A program made the position numbers and the translations under genes. Positions 25,804 to 34,922 of a DNA stretch of 37,958 nt are shown here, one piece after another. Under the pieces are notes generated by a model. That model worked only from the letters and a program-made list of their open reading frames with translations. It searched no databases and was not told where the DNA came from. Numbering within the stretch: position 1 is the stretch's first letter; every line of letters starts with the position of its first letter. This stretch comes from Candidatus Asbonarchaeum danakilense (GTDB lineage Archaea; Nanohalarchaeota; Nanosalinia; Nanosalinales; Nanoanaerosalinaceae): NCBI GenBank assembly GCA_034190465.1, contig JAXINV010000003.1, positions 99,708 through 137,665 on the forward strand. The letters are read 5' to 3'.

Positions 25804-27056
25804 TGGTACTCGGCCTGCTCGGCGGCGACACAAGCATCCTGCAAACAGTCATCTCAGTCGGATTGTTCTTCCTCTTCTTCCTGCTCCTCCCGAGGATCAT
25901 GCTGTTCCAGATCGTCTACAAGATCAAGTCAGCACTGACCGGGCTGGAGGAGAACGCGCAGAAGGCCGAGGACCTGTTCCTCAACGCGGCGGCCGACAAC
26001 CCCGATGAGATGCGGGACAGCATCGAGCCAATGAAGAACATGGTCGTCTCCCCGCCGTCCGACCTTGACCCCGCCGGCATGTTCGACAAGATGGAGCACG
26101 TCCTCGACAGCTCCGAGGACAAGATGGAGCGGTACGTCGACACCGTCGCGCCCGACGCCGACGAGGAACAGAAGGCCAACCTCTCCATGGCATTTAAGGG
26201 CGTCTACGGCACGCACCAGATGTTCGTCCTGATCCGGCACTTCAAGAACCTGGTCGAAGAGACAGGCAACTACCAGATCGGCGGCATGATCAAGATGATG
26301 TTACCGCTGTACCAGGAACTGTCCGAATCCCAGCGTGACGCCACCGAGGCGTTCGTCAACGAGGTCCCGATCGGCGACACCGTCGGCCCCCTGATCGCCG
26401 CCAAGCTGATCGAGGACGAGCCCGAGGAGATCGCGGAAGATATCGTCTACGCCGAGGAGACCCTCGGCGACAGCGAGTACGCCGTCCTCAAGAGCGAAGG
26501 GCCCGGCGCACGGCTCGGCAAGTACGGCGACGCCGTCGAACAGGCGGTCGAAGACGGTGACTTCAGCAAAATCATCACCGTCGACGCCGGCCTCCGGTTC
26601 GAGGGCGAGGAGACAGGCACCGTCGTCGACGGCAGCGGCGTCCTGATGGGCGGTCCCGGCGTCGAGAAAGGCAAGATCGAGGAGGTTGCGACCGACAACG
26701 ACATCCTGCTCGAGGGCTTCGTCGTCAAGCAGAGCGGCCCGCAGGCCTCCAGGCCGATGCACAAGAAGATCTGGGACGCGCACGAGGAAGCGCTCGGCAT
26801 CGTCAAGGACGAGATCCGGAACACGGACGGCGACGTGCTCGTCGTCGGTGTCGGTAACACGTGCGGTGCCGGCAACACCCGTGCATCGACCGAGGGACTG
26901 GACACCAAGCTCCGGCCGTACTGGGCTGAGCAGGAGGAAGAATCCACGTCCTACTTCGGCCTCGCCAAGGCCTTCCCCATGGGAGGCGGCGGTGACGCCC
27001 ACGGCATGATGGACGCGAAGAACACGTTCAGGATGTTCCAGCGTCTCGTCCGCTAA
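25803..27056 (+). CDS. DUF1512 family membrane-anchored protein
   Basis: N-terminal TM; PIGDTVGPLIA, KSEGPG, TVDAGLRFEGE, GGPGVEK, GVGNT motifs recalled for this archaeal family. Confidence 0.75.
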   Translation: MVLGLLGGDTSILQTVISVGLFFLFFLLLPRIMLFQIVYKIKSALTGLEENAQKAEDLFLNAAADNPDEMRDSIEPMKNMVVSPPSDLDPAGMFDKMEHVLDSSEDKMERYVDTVAPDADEEQKANLSMAFKGVYGTHQMFVLIRHFKNLVEETGNYQIGGMIKMMLPLYQELSESQRDATEAFVNEVPIGDTVGPLIAAKLIEDEPEEIAEDIVYAEETLGDSEYAVLKSEGPGARLGKYGDAVEQAVEDGDFSKIITVDAGLRFEGEETGTVVDGSGVLMGGPGVEKGKIEEVATDNDILLEGFVVKQSGPQASRPMHKKIWDAHEEALGIVKDEIRNTDGDVLVVGVGNTCGAGNTRASTEGLDTKLRPYWAEQEEESTSYFGLAKAFPMGGGGDAHGMMDAKNTFRMFQRLVR

Positions 27057-27132
27057 GAGGGGCGTGACCGCTCCACGGCACCCGGATAGGTTTAAAAGAG
27101 TTGGCGCGAATCCGTGACCGAGGCACGATACA

Positions 27133-27657
27133 ATGGGTCTACGACCGGGAAGCATCTACAGAGACATTCCAGGGCAGCCGTACACGCGGATGTCCCAGAA
27201 GAAGGACAATGACAACTACATCAAGGGAGCTCCCGCTCCGAAGATCACCATCTTCGAGATGGGTGCGAAGGGCGAGGACTTCGACAAGCGCGTCGTCCTC
27301 AAGCTCGACGAGGAATGCACCGTCAGGAGCAACGCCCTTGAGGCCTCCCGGGTCGCCGCGAACTCATACCTGCGGCGGAACCTGACCCCTGAGACCTACC
27401 ACCTCAAGATCAAGCCGTACCCGCACCACGTGCTCCGCCACCACCCGCTCGCCGGTGTTGCACAAGCAGACCGGTACTACGAGGGTATGCGGAAGCCGTT
27501 CGGCCGGCCGATCGGCCGTGCAGCGATCATGGACGATGAACAGGAACTGCTCGTCGCACGCGTCGACGAGGGCGACGTCCAGATCGCGCGGAAGGCAGCA
27601 GAGCGGGCAGGCATGAAGATCCCGGTCGGATTCCGGGTCCACGTCGAGGACGCGTAA
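27133..27657 (+). CDS. rpl10e: 50S ribosomal protein L10e (uL16)
   Basis: PYTR, NALEASR, PYPHHVLR, ADR...GMRKPFGRPIG. Confidence 0.96.
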   Translation: MGLRPGSIYRDIPGQPYTRMSQKKDNDNYIKGAPAPKITIFEMGAKGEDFDKRVVLKLDEECTVRSNALEASRVAANSYLRRNLTPETYHLKIKPYPHHVLRHHPLAGVAQADRYYEGMRKPFGRPIGRAAIMDDEQELLVARVDEGDVQIARKAAERAGMKIPVGFRVHVEDA

Positions 27658-27740
27658 GCACCGTCCTCCTCTCCCGTTTTCTCCACCCCGTTCAGGTGTA
27701 CTCCAGTAACTATTTATTCCGGCAGCGGCAACGTTCCACC

Positions 27741-29633
27741 ATGATTCACTGGCTGGAAGACATCGACGAACGCGATGCATCCCGCCTCGGGACGAAGGCA
27801 GCCAACCTCGCATCCCTGCTCGAGCACGGGTTCGACGTGCCGAAAGGCTTCGTCATCGAGGCATCGTTCTTCCAGGACCTGCTGACCAGCCAGGGTGTCA
27901 AGGACCGCATCGAACAGGAACTGGACCAGGTCGATGTCGAGGACCTGGCATCCCTGCGCGAGGCATCGACGCAGATCCAGCGGATGATCGACGACGTCTC
28001 CCTCCCCGATGACGCGGTCGAGGAGATTGAGGACGCGTATGAGAACATCAACATCAGCCAAAAAGTTCGTAACGCCGGAGACAAGGCTGTAGAGCTGGTC
28101 GGCGGGCAGCGAGAGACCGAGTTCGTCGCCGTCCGGGGCCACGCGACCGACGACAGTCCTGGCGTCTACGACACATACATCGGGGTCAACGGGAAGGACT
28201 CCGTCCGCAGCAAGATCAGGGAGGCATGGAAATCATACTACTCACCCGAGGCCATCTACTACAGAGCAAAGCGCGGCAACGACGCACCGTTCACCGTCCT
28301 GGTGCAGAAGATGGTCGAACCGGAGATCTCCGGCACCGTGTTCACCCGTGACCCGTTCGACGGCACCGAACGGATCGTTGTCGAGTCCATGTACGGGATC
28401 GGAAGCGCGTTGAGCCGCGGCTCCGTCATCCCGGACAGGTACGTCGTCGACCGGGCCTCCGGCCGCCTGGAATCCATCGACGTCGCGGAGAAGAGCTGGA
28501 AGATCGAACGCGACCCCTCCACCGGCAGCACCGTCAAGCACCGGGTCCCCAGCGACCAGCAGGATGAACGCAGTCTCGATGCCGACGACCTCTCCGACAC
28601 CGTCAGGACCGCGCTCGACATCGAAAAGGAGTTCGACCGCCCGGTCAGGGTCGAGTTCTCGATCGGACGGAACAAGACCTACATCCTGGACGTCAGCGGC
28701 GTCGAGGAAGCGGCGGCCAACATGGCGACAGATGCAGAGGAACAGGAGACACTGCTGGAAGGCACACCCGTTTCGTCAGGACAGGCGAGCGGCGCCGCGG
28801 CCGTCATCTACGAGGCAGGCGAGACCGAGGAGCTAGACCCCAACAGGGTCGCCGTCGGCATCAACGCAGAACCGAACCTGCTCCCGCTGATAGGGCAGGG
28901 ACGGGCGGCGGTGACGGACAAGGGCGGCATGGCATCGAGCGCAGCCGTCCTCGCCCGGACGTTCGACACCCCGCTCATCGCCGGGTGCGGGAACGCCACG
29001 GACATCCTCAGCAGCGGTGAGGACATCACAGTAGACTGTAACAGCGGCGCGGTCATCGAGGGCAACGAACCAGCGACCACGGACGAGACGGAACACGCGG
29101 ACGGACCATCCCCCGTGACGGCGGAACAGCAGCCGGTGAACGCGCTGACAGCGACCAGCCTGCTGACGATCAACGAACGGGTCGAGGACGCGGACGGGAC
29201 CGTCGCGATGCGGTACACCGACGTCGACGACCCTGAATGGGTGCTGGAGGCAGGCGATGCAGATAGTCGGATCCACCGCTCGATGCCCGACGACTTCCGG
29301 GGCGGCGGCCTGCTCGTCGAGGACTACGCGACCGTGCTCCGGCTGGAGGAAGCCGTCGAGCGGCAGGCATCCAGCGTCTTCCTCGACGTCGACGCGCTGG
29401 CGCAGGACGGTGAACGCGAGGCGGTCGAACAGGCGATCAGGAAGGCGGTACAGGACACCGACGACCGCGAGTGTGCAGTCATCGTGGATAGCCCGGACGA
29501 CCGGCTGATCGGGACCGCCGTCGAGGCCGGTGTCGACAGCCTCGTCGTCCCGCCGGAGGACTTCCACGACGTCCAGCAGCGTGTGGAGCGCGCCGAACGG
29601 AGCTTCATGCTTGAACGCCTGAGGGAACTGTAG
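27741..29633 (+). CDS. PEP synthase (PpsA)-like protein, catalytically degenerate
   Basis: GTKAANL, VPKGFVI, VQKMV..SG.VFT ATP-grasp motifs; swivel motif TDKGGMASSAA lacks the catalytic His; C-terminal domain shortened. Confidence 0.85.
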   Translation: MIHWLEDIDERDASRLGTKAANLASLLEHGFDVPKGFVIEASFFQDLLTSQGVKDRIEQELDQVDVEDLASLREASTQIQRMIDDVSLPDDAVEEIEDAYENINISQKVRNAGDKAVELVGGQRETEFVAVRGHATDDSPGVYDTYIGVNGKDSVRSKIREAWKSYYSPEAIYYRAKRGNDAPFTVLVQKMVEPEISGTVFTRDPFDGTERIVVESMYGIGSALSRGSVIPDRYVVDRASGRLESIDVAEKSWKIERDPSTGSTVKHRVPSDQQDERSLDADDLSDTVRTALDIEKEFDRPVRVEFSIGRNKTYILDVSGVEEAAANMATDAEEQETLLEGTPVSSGQASGAAAVIYEAGETEELDPNRVAVGINAEPNLLPLIGQGRAAVTDKGGMASSAAVLARTFDTPLIAGCGNATDILSSGEDITVDCNSGAVIEGNEPATTDETEHADGPSPVTAEQQPVNALTATSLLTINERVEDADGTVAMRYTDVDDPEWVLEAGDADSRIHRSMPDDFRGGGLLVEDYATVLRLEEAVERQASSVFLDVDALAQDGEREAVEQAIRKAVQDTDDRECAVIVDSPDDRLIGTAVEAGVDSLVVPPEDFHDVQQRVERAERSFMLERLREL

Positions 29634-30254
29634 ATGGACGCCAGCCAGCTGAAGATCCTTCTCTCGAAGCTCGAGGGGTTCGCCGACCCTGAGCCACGGC
29701 TGGAGCAGTACGTGACACCTTCCGACGTCGCCGCACGGTTCCTGAACACGGTCCGGATGCAGGTGGACGGCGACGAGCTCGTCGACCTGGGCAGCGGGAC
29801 CGGTGTCCTCAGCATCGGAGCGGCGGCGCTGGGCTTCACGGTGCGCGGCTACGAGCAGGACCCCGACGCGATCCAGGTCGCGGAGCAGAACCTGGCACAG
29901 GCCGAGGAGGAGACCGGCGAGCTTGACGTGACGTTCATCCAGGCGGATGTGGAGGACGTGGACGACGAGGCCGATGTCGTGGCGATGAACCCGCCGTTCG
30001 GCATCCAGGACGACGACGCCAACCTCAGGTTCCTCGAAGCAGCGTTCAGCGTGGCTGACGAGGTGTTCGCGCTGCTGCACAGCTCGGAGGCGAAGCGGGA
30101 CGAGACCCGGCAATTTATAAAAGAGTTCGCCTCGAACCGTGGGTTTGACGCCACCGTGTTCGCCACGTACAGGTTCCGGCTCCCGAACAGCATGGCGTTC
30201 CACGAACGGGAGCAGGCACGGATCGGCGTCGACGCCTACCACTTCACGCGGTGA
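29634..30254 (+). CDS. METTL5-family RNA methyltransferase
   Basis: LEQYVTP, DLGSGTG, MNPPFG. Confidence 0.92.
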   Translation: MDASQLKILLSKLEGFADPEPRLEQYVTPSDVAARFLNTVRMQVDGDELVDLGSGTGVLSIGAAALGFTVRGYEQDPDAIQVAEQNLAQAEEETGELDVTFIQADVEDVDDEADVVAMNPPFGIQDDDANLRFLEAAFSVADEVFALLHSSEAKRDETRQFIKEFASNRGFDATVFATYRFRLPNSMAFHEREQARIGVDAYHFTR

Positions 30255-30260
30255 CTACCA

Positions 30261-30512
30261 ATGGAGCTACAGTCAGACACTGAAGACGGCCGGACCATCC
30301 TGCAATCGGAGGATAAACAGCACACAGTCATGAACCTCGTCCGGAGCACGCTGTGGGATGCCGGCGCAGCGGCCGGCTACGACAAAGGCCACCCGTACGT
30401 CGGCAGCTCGAAGCTCGTCTTCGACACAAACAGTCCGGCCGACGACGTCGCGGAAGCAGTTGAAAAGGCGAAAGAAGACCTCAACGACTTCCGCGAGGCA
30501 ATCCCGGAGTAA
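30261..30512 (+). CDS. rpo11: RNA polymerase subunit Rpo11 (RpoL)
   Basis: HTVMNL, AGYDKGHP, C-terminal helix; synteny with METTL5/DUF99/TFS. Confidence 0.85.
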   Translation: MELQSDTEDGRTILQSEDKQHTVMNLVRSTLWDAGAAAGYDKGHPYVGSSKLVFDTNSPADDVAEAVEKAKEDLNDFREAIPE

Positions 30513-31090
30513 TGCGGGTCAAGCCCGAGATCCGTATCCTGGGCGTCGACGACGCACCGTTCAGCTTCGACGACGACACCACGGCCCTGATCGGCTGCCT
30601 GTTCCGGGGCGGACGACAGATCGAGGCCGTGCTGCGGCGGGACATCACCGTCGACGGCCATGACGCCGACGACAAGATCGTCTCGATGGTGAACGACTCG
30701 CGGCAGACCGACCAGATCCAGGTCATCATGCTCGACGGCGTCTCGTTCGCCGGGTTCAACGTGCCCGACATCGAACACATCCACGAGGCGACCTGCAAGC
30801 CAGTAATCGCCGTCAGCAGGCGGCGACCTGATAGGGCGGACCTGGAGGCGGCGCTCGACAACGTCGACGACAGGGACGACCGGCTGGCACGGATCGAGAA
30901 GGCGGGCGAGGTCTCCCGGCTGGCGACGGATGACGGCGAACTGTACTACCAGACCCGTGGCATCGACCCGGAGGACGCGGAACAGGTCATCAAGACCGCG
31001 CTGCGTCGGGGTAACGTCCCGGAGCCGGTGCGTGTCGCGCACCTGGTCGCCGCCGGGGTCACGACAGGCGAATCCAAGGGGAACCCATGA
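30512..31090 (+). CDS. DUF99 family (endonuclease V-like) protein
   Basis: RILGVDDAPF, ITVDGHD, LDGVSFAGFNV, PEPVRVAHL. Confidence 0.9.
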   Translation: MRVKPEIRILGVDDAPFSFDDDTTALIGCLFRGGRQIEAVLRRDITVDGHDADDKIVSMVNDSRQTDQIQVIMLDGVSFAGFNVPDIEHIHEATCKPVIAVSRRRPDRADLEAALDNVDDRDDRLARIEKAGEVSRLATDDGELYYQTRGIDPEDAEQVIKTALRRGNVPEPVRVAHLVAAGVTTGESKGNP

Positions 31091-31641
31091 TGGAGCTGCT
31101 CGACGACATCGGTTCACAGCTGTTCTTCCTCATCGTAGCGCTCATGCTCGCGTTCAGCATCTACCAGACCGTCGGCACCGGGCTCGGCACGGACACGCCG
31201 ATCGTCTCCGTGGTCTCGAACTCGATGGCGCCGACGTTCCAGCGGGGCGACATGATCGTCGTGACCGGGACAAGCTTCGAACAGGTCGAGGAAGGCGACA
31301 TCATCGTCTACCGGAGCAAGTACCCGATCATCAACGCCAACCGTCCACCGCTGATCCACCGCGTCGTCAACAAGACCAACAACTCGCTGGAGACTATGGG
31401 CGACGCCAACGAGGAGCAGGTCAGGTACTGCATCTGGGACAACGGCTTCCGCATGACGTCGAACGGCTGCCCGGCGGACGCGAAGCTTGTCAACGCGGAG
31501 ACCAACATCACGGAGCAACAGCTGGTCGGCGAGGTGCTGTTCATCATGCCGTTCATCGGCAACCTGAAGCTCATGCCTGCCTGCTGGTTCTACAAGCTCC
31601 AGTACCCGGACAGCCACCCGCAGGTCCAGTACACCTGCTGA
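31087..31641 (+). CDS. Signal peptidase I (Sec11-type)
   Basis: TM anchor, VSNSMAP..RGD, IHRV, GDAN. Confidence 0.9.
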   Translation: MMELLDDIGSQLFFLIVALMLAFSIYQTVGTGLGTDTPIVSVVSNSMAPTFQRGDMIVVTGTSFEQVEEGDIIVYRSKYPIINANRPPLIHRVVNKTNNSLETMGDANEEQVRYCIWDNGFRMTSNGCPADAKLVNAETNITEQQLVGEVLFIMPFIGNLKLMPACWFYKLQYPDSHPQVQYTC

Positions 31642-31729
31642 GACAGGGGTGGACTTTTAAATCTGCGGTCGAAGGTACACAAAGTCACACGGGCCGGTAG
31701 TGGCCCTCGAGAACGCATCAGGGGATACA

Positions 31730-32053
31730 ATGAACTTCTGTGACGAATGTGGCGGCATCATCGTTCCGGAGAAAGAAGGAGGAGACACAAACTTCAAGTG
31801 CCGGAACTGCGGGGAGCGTTACCGCAAGGAGGACGGCGGCATGGTCATCACCGAGACGAAGAACGAAGAAGATAGAAACATGATCGGTGAAGGCAACGAA
31901 GACGAGAGCCACCCCGAGACCGAAGAGGACTGCCCCGAATGCAACAACGACACCGCCTACTGGTGGATGGAACAGACCAGAGCCGCCGACGAGCCAGAGA
32001 CACGGTTCTTCAAGTGCACAGAGTGCGGCCACACCTGGCGTGAGTACGACTGA
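31730..32053 (+). CDS. tfs: Transcription factor S
   Basis: FCDECG...CRNCG and CPEC...QTRAADEPETRFFKCTECGHTWREY, with the catalytic DE pair intact. Confidence 0.95.
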   Translation: MNFCDECGGIIVPEKEGGDTNFKCRNCGERYRKEDGGMVITETKNEEDRNMIGEGNEDESHPETEEDCPECNNDTAYWWMEQTRAADEPETRFFKCTECGHTWREYD

Positions 32054-32568
32054 TGACACTCGGCGACCTGCTCCACGAGGAACTGTACCAGCCCGACAAT
32101 CTGGACGTCCACCTGGTCGGGGTCAGCGAGTACCGCAACGAGAACGACGACTTCTTCGACGGGCTGATCGACGAGCTGGAGGCGAACGCCGACATCACCC
32201 CACACCGGGTCGCCGCGGAAGAGTACCAGCGCGACGACGTGGAGCAGCTCGACCTGTTCGAGCACGACTACCCCGACAGCTCGCTGCTCGTCGTGCCCGA
32301 CACCTACGGCTTCGGCAGGGGCGGTGCCAGCGCCGCGGAACGGTACAAGGCGTTCATCGACCTGCACGACCAGGGCCTCGACGGCGTGCTGCATCTGGAC
32401 GTGGACGACGACCTGGACCGGGCGCCGGAGGCCGACGAGCAGGACTACGGGGCGGAAGCACTCGCCGACGACCTGGTCCTGGCGTATCAGCGGGACGAGG
32501 GCCGTGTCTACGACCCGACCGTCATCGAGACGGACGACGACACGATGCTCCTCTCAAAGCTATACTAG
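32053..32568 (+). CDS. Hypothetical very acidic protein
   Basis: tgatg coupling to tfs; GC3-rich codon usage like neighbours. Confidence 0.75.
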   Translation: MTLGDLLHEELYQPDNLDVHLVGVSEYRNENDDFFDGLIDELEANADITPHRVAAEEYQRDDVEQLDLFEHDYPDSSLLVVPDTYGFGRGGASAAERYKAFIDLHDQGLDGVLHLDVDDDLDRAPEADEQDYGAEALADDLVLAYQRDEGRVYDPTVIETDDDTMLLSKLY

Positions 32569-33711
32569 CCCTGCCAGGCGGGCGATGACCGCTGCACCGG
32601 TGAACGTCGCGATCGCGCTGCCCAGGTTGACGAGGAAGAAGATGAGCAGCAGCCGCGTCGCCCGGTTGTGCCACAGGTCACGGTACCGGCTGATCTCGCC
32701 GATCGACTCCATGTCCTCGACCCGCGGCTTCCTGACCCTGTTCTCCGCATAGGCAGCGACCAGGCCGGCCGGCATCGCCGGATTGACGGACGTGAACGGC
32801 GCGGCGACGAACGAGACCGCGATCGTGACGATGCTTGCACCGGCGACCGCAGCACCCAGCGCCGCCCCCGTGCCGTTGAGCGCGAACCAGTAGAACAGCA
32901 TCTCGCGGGCGACCTCCGTCCCGGCCCGGGCGACACCGTAGCCGAACATCGCGACGATGGCGACCGGGAGCGCGTACTTGACGGCTTTCATCCAGTCGAA
33001 CCCGGGGTCGACCGTCTCCAGTTCCTCCGTGTCGCGCGGCGTGCCCTCCTCCAGCCGCTCGGCGATGCCCTCGACGTGGCCGGCACCGACGACCGCGAGC
33101 ACGGTGTCGGCCTCCATCAACCGGAGCTTCTCCGCCATGTAGGTGTCGCGCTCGTCGATAAACACCTCCTTCAGGTGCGGGAACCTTCCTGAGAACTCGG
33201 CGACGACCTCGTGGAGCACGTCCTTCTGCTTCAGGTCCTCGACACTGACCTCCTCAGCGTCGGCGAAAAAACCCTCGACCGCGGAAGAGAGCAGACGACC
33301 CTTCTCCAGCAGATTGAACCGGTCCATCGCGCGCTTCAGCGTGATGTTGATGTCGCGGTCGATGAGCTCGACAGGGACACCTTGCTCCTCGGCAGCCTCG
33401 ACAGCTGCGAGCATCTCCGCGCCGGGCGCGATGTCCAGGTCCTCGCCCAGCTTGCGCTGGTAGATGGAGAGCAAAACGTTGAACAGCAGCATGTGGCCGT
33501 CACCGCGGCTTATCACGTCGGCGACGTCCCGGTCCTTCCAGACGTCCTTGTCGCGGAGCGATCGCAGCCGTTGCTCGTCCAGCTCGACGCAGACCCGGTC
33601 AGGACCGATGTCCTCGATCGCGTCCTCGACCTCGCTGACGGACTGCTCCGAGACATGGGCCGTGCCGAGCAGCACGACCCGCCTGTCACCGATCCTGACT
33701 TCCCTGCGCAT
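32560..33711 (-). CDS. TraB/GumN (PrgY-like) family protein
   Basis: LLGTAHVS, VCVELD, PGAEM, IDRDI, DERDTYMA, VVGAGHVEGI plus C-terminal TM helices. Confidence 0.92.
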   Translation of the reverse strand: MRREVRIGDRRVVLLGTAHVSEQSVSEVEDAIEDIGPDRVCVELDEQRLRSLRDKDVWKDRDVADVISRGDGHMLLFNVLLSIYQRKLGEDLDIAPGAEMLAAVEAAEEQGVPVELIDRDINITLKRAMDRFNLLEKGRLLSSAVEGFFADAEEVSVEDLKQKDVLHEVVAEFSGRFPHLKEVFIDERDTYMAEKLRLMEADTVLAVVGAGHVEGIAERLEEGTPRDTEELETVDPGFDWMKAVKYALPVAIVAMFGYGVARAGTEVAREMLFYWFALNGTGAALGAAVAGASIVTIAVSFVAAPFTSVNPAMPAGLVAAYAENRVRKPRVEDMESIGEISRYRDLWHNRATRLLLIFFLVNLGSAIATFTGAAVIARLAGLV

Positions 33712-33836
33712 CAGCCCACAGTGAGCGCGCTGGTGTTAAAAGGTTTGCCGGCAGGGACGTGCTGCCACCGGTTCCAGCGACGGGCCGCTGCGGGGATTGC
33801 GACAAGCTTTAAATCTCTTGTCGGGAAAGGTCGTGC

Positions 33837-34160
33837 ATGCCGGACAACAGGAGGGCGCCAGCGAGGCCACGTCAGATAACGGACATCAACCCCCGCGAAG
33901 ATATCCGTGTGCGGATCGTTGGCACCGTGCTGGAGAAGGACGACGACTCCATCATGCTCGACGACGGCACCGGCACGACAGAAGTGTTCCTCGACCAGGA
34001 AGACATCGAGGAGCTCGAGGAGAACGATCACATAAGGATACTCGGCCGGGTCCTCCCGACGCCCGACAGCTTCGAGATACAGGGTGAGATCGTCCAGCAC
34101 ATGGAGGGCCTGAACATGGATCTCTACGAGCAGGTCAAGAACCTCGTCCCCCACCTATAG
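33837..34160 (+). CDS. Single OB-fold protein (RPA small-subunit-like)
   Basis: RRAPA, VRIVGTV, LDDGTG, IRILGR OB-fold pattern; directly upstream of PCNA. Confidence 0.75.
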   Translation: MPDNRRAPARPRQITDINPREDIRVRIVGTVLEKDDDSIMLDDGTGTTEVFLDQEDIEELEENDHIRILGRVLPTPDSFEIQGEIVQHMEGLNMDLYEQVKNLVPHL

Positions 34161-34169
34161 GTGCGTACA

Positions 34170-34922
34170 ATGTTCAAAGCAGAGCTCAATGACACAAAGC
34201 TACTCAAAGACAGCCTTCAGGCAATCTCAAACCTGATCTCAGAGGGCCGGTTCAAGGTCCGCGAAGACGGGCTGAACCTCGTCGCCGCCGACCCCGCGAT
34301 GGTCGCGCTGGTCGATTTCAGCCTGGAGAAGGACGCCTTCGACAGCTACGAGGTCGACGAAGAAGGCGAGATCGGGGTCAACCTGGAGAAGCTCTACTCA
34401 ATCCTGCGCCGCGCCAACAGCGACGACACGGTCACGCTGGAGCTGGACGACGAGTCCAAGCTCGTGCTGAAGATGGAGAACAACTCCACACGGACGTTCT
34501 CCATCCCGCTGCTCAACATCGATGACGAGGACGTCCCCTCCACCGACAACCTGAAGTTCTCCGTGGAGGCCGACTTCCGGTCGTCCGTGTTCTCTGACGG
34601 CGTGGGCGACGCCCAGGTCGTCGGCGACTCCGTCACCATCGAGGCGGACGGCGAAGCGGTCACGATCCGGGCCGAGGGCGACAACTCCAACGCCGAGTTC
34701 CGGATCGAGAAGGGAAGCGACGGCCTGATGGAGCTGTCCGGCGACGGCACCGTCAAGTCGATGTTCTCCCTCGACTACCTGAACAAGATGATGAAGGCCG
34801 AGAAGCTGTCCGACACCATGACCGTCCGGCTGGGCGACGACTTCCCGATGCGGATGGACTTCGAGGTGCCTGACAAGCTCAAGCTCGGCTTCATCCTCGC
34901 ACCGCGCATCGAGGAAGAATGA
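34170..34922 (+). CDS. pcn: DNA polymerase sliding clamp PCNA
   Basis: ADPAMVALV, FSLDYL, FPM, LAPRIEEE. Confidence 0.96.
   Translation: MFKAELNDTKLLKDSLQAISNLISEGRFKVREDGLNLVAADPAMVALVDFSLEKDAFDSYEVDEEGEIGVNLEKLYSILRRANSDDTVTLELDDESKLVLKMENNSTRTFSIPLLNIDDEDVPSTDNLKFSVEADFRSSVFSDGVGDAQVVGDSVTIEADGEAVTIRAEGDNSNAEFRIEKGSDGLMELSGDGTVKSMFSLDYLNKMMKAEKLSDTMTVRLGDDFPMRMDFEVPDKLKLGFILAPRIEEE

Noticed and set aside
27741..29633. Calling the gene a functional ppsA, a rifampin phosphotransferase, or a pseudogene
   Set aside because: No catalytic His for any of these enzymes and the domain order differs from RPH; no frameshift or internal stop to justify a pseudogene call
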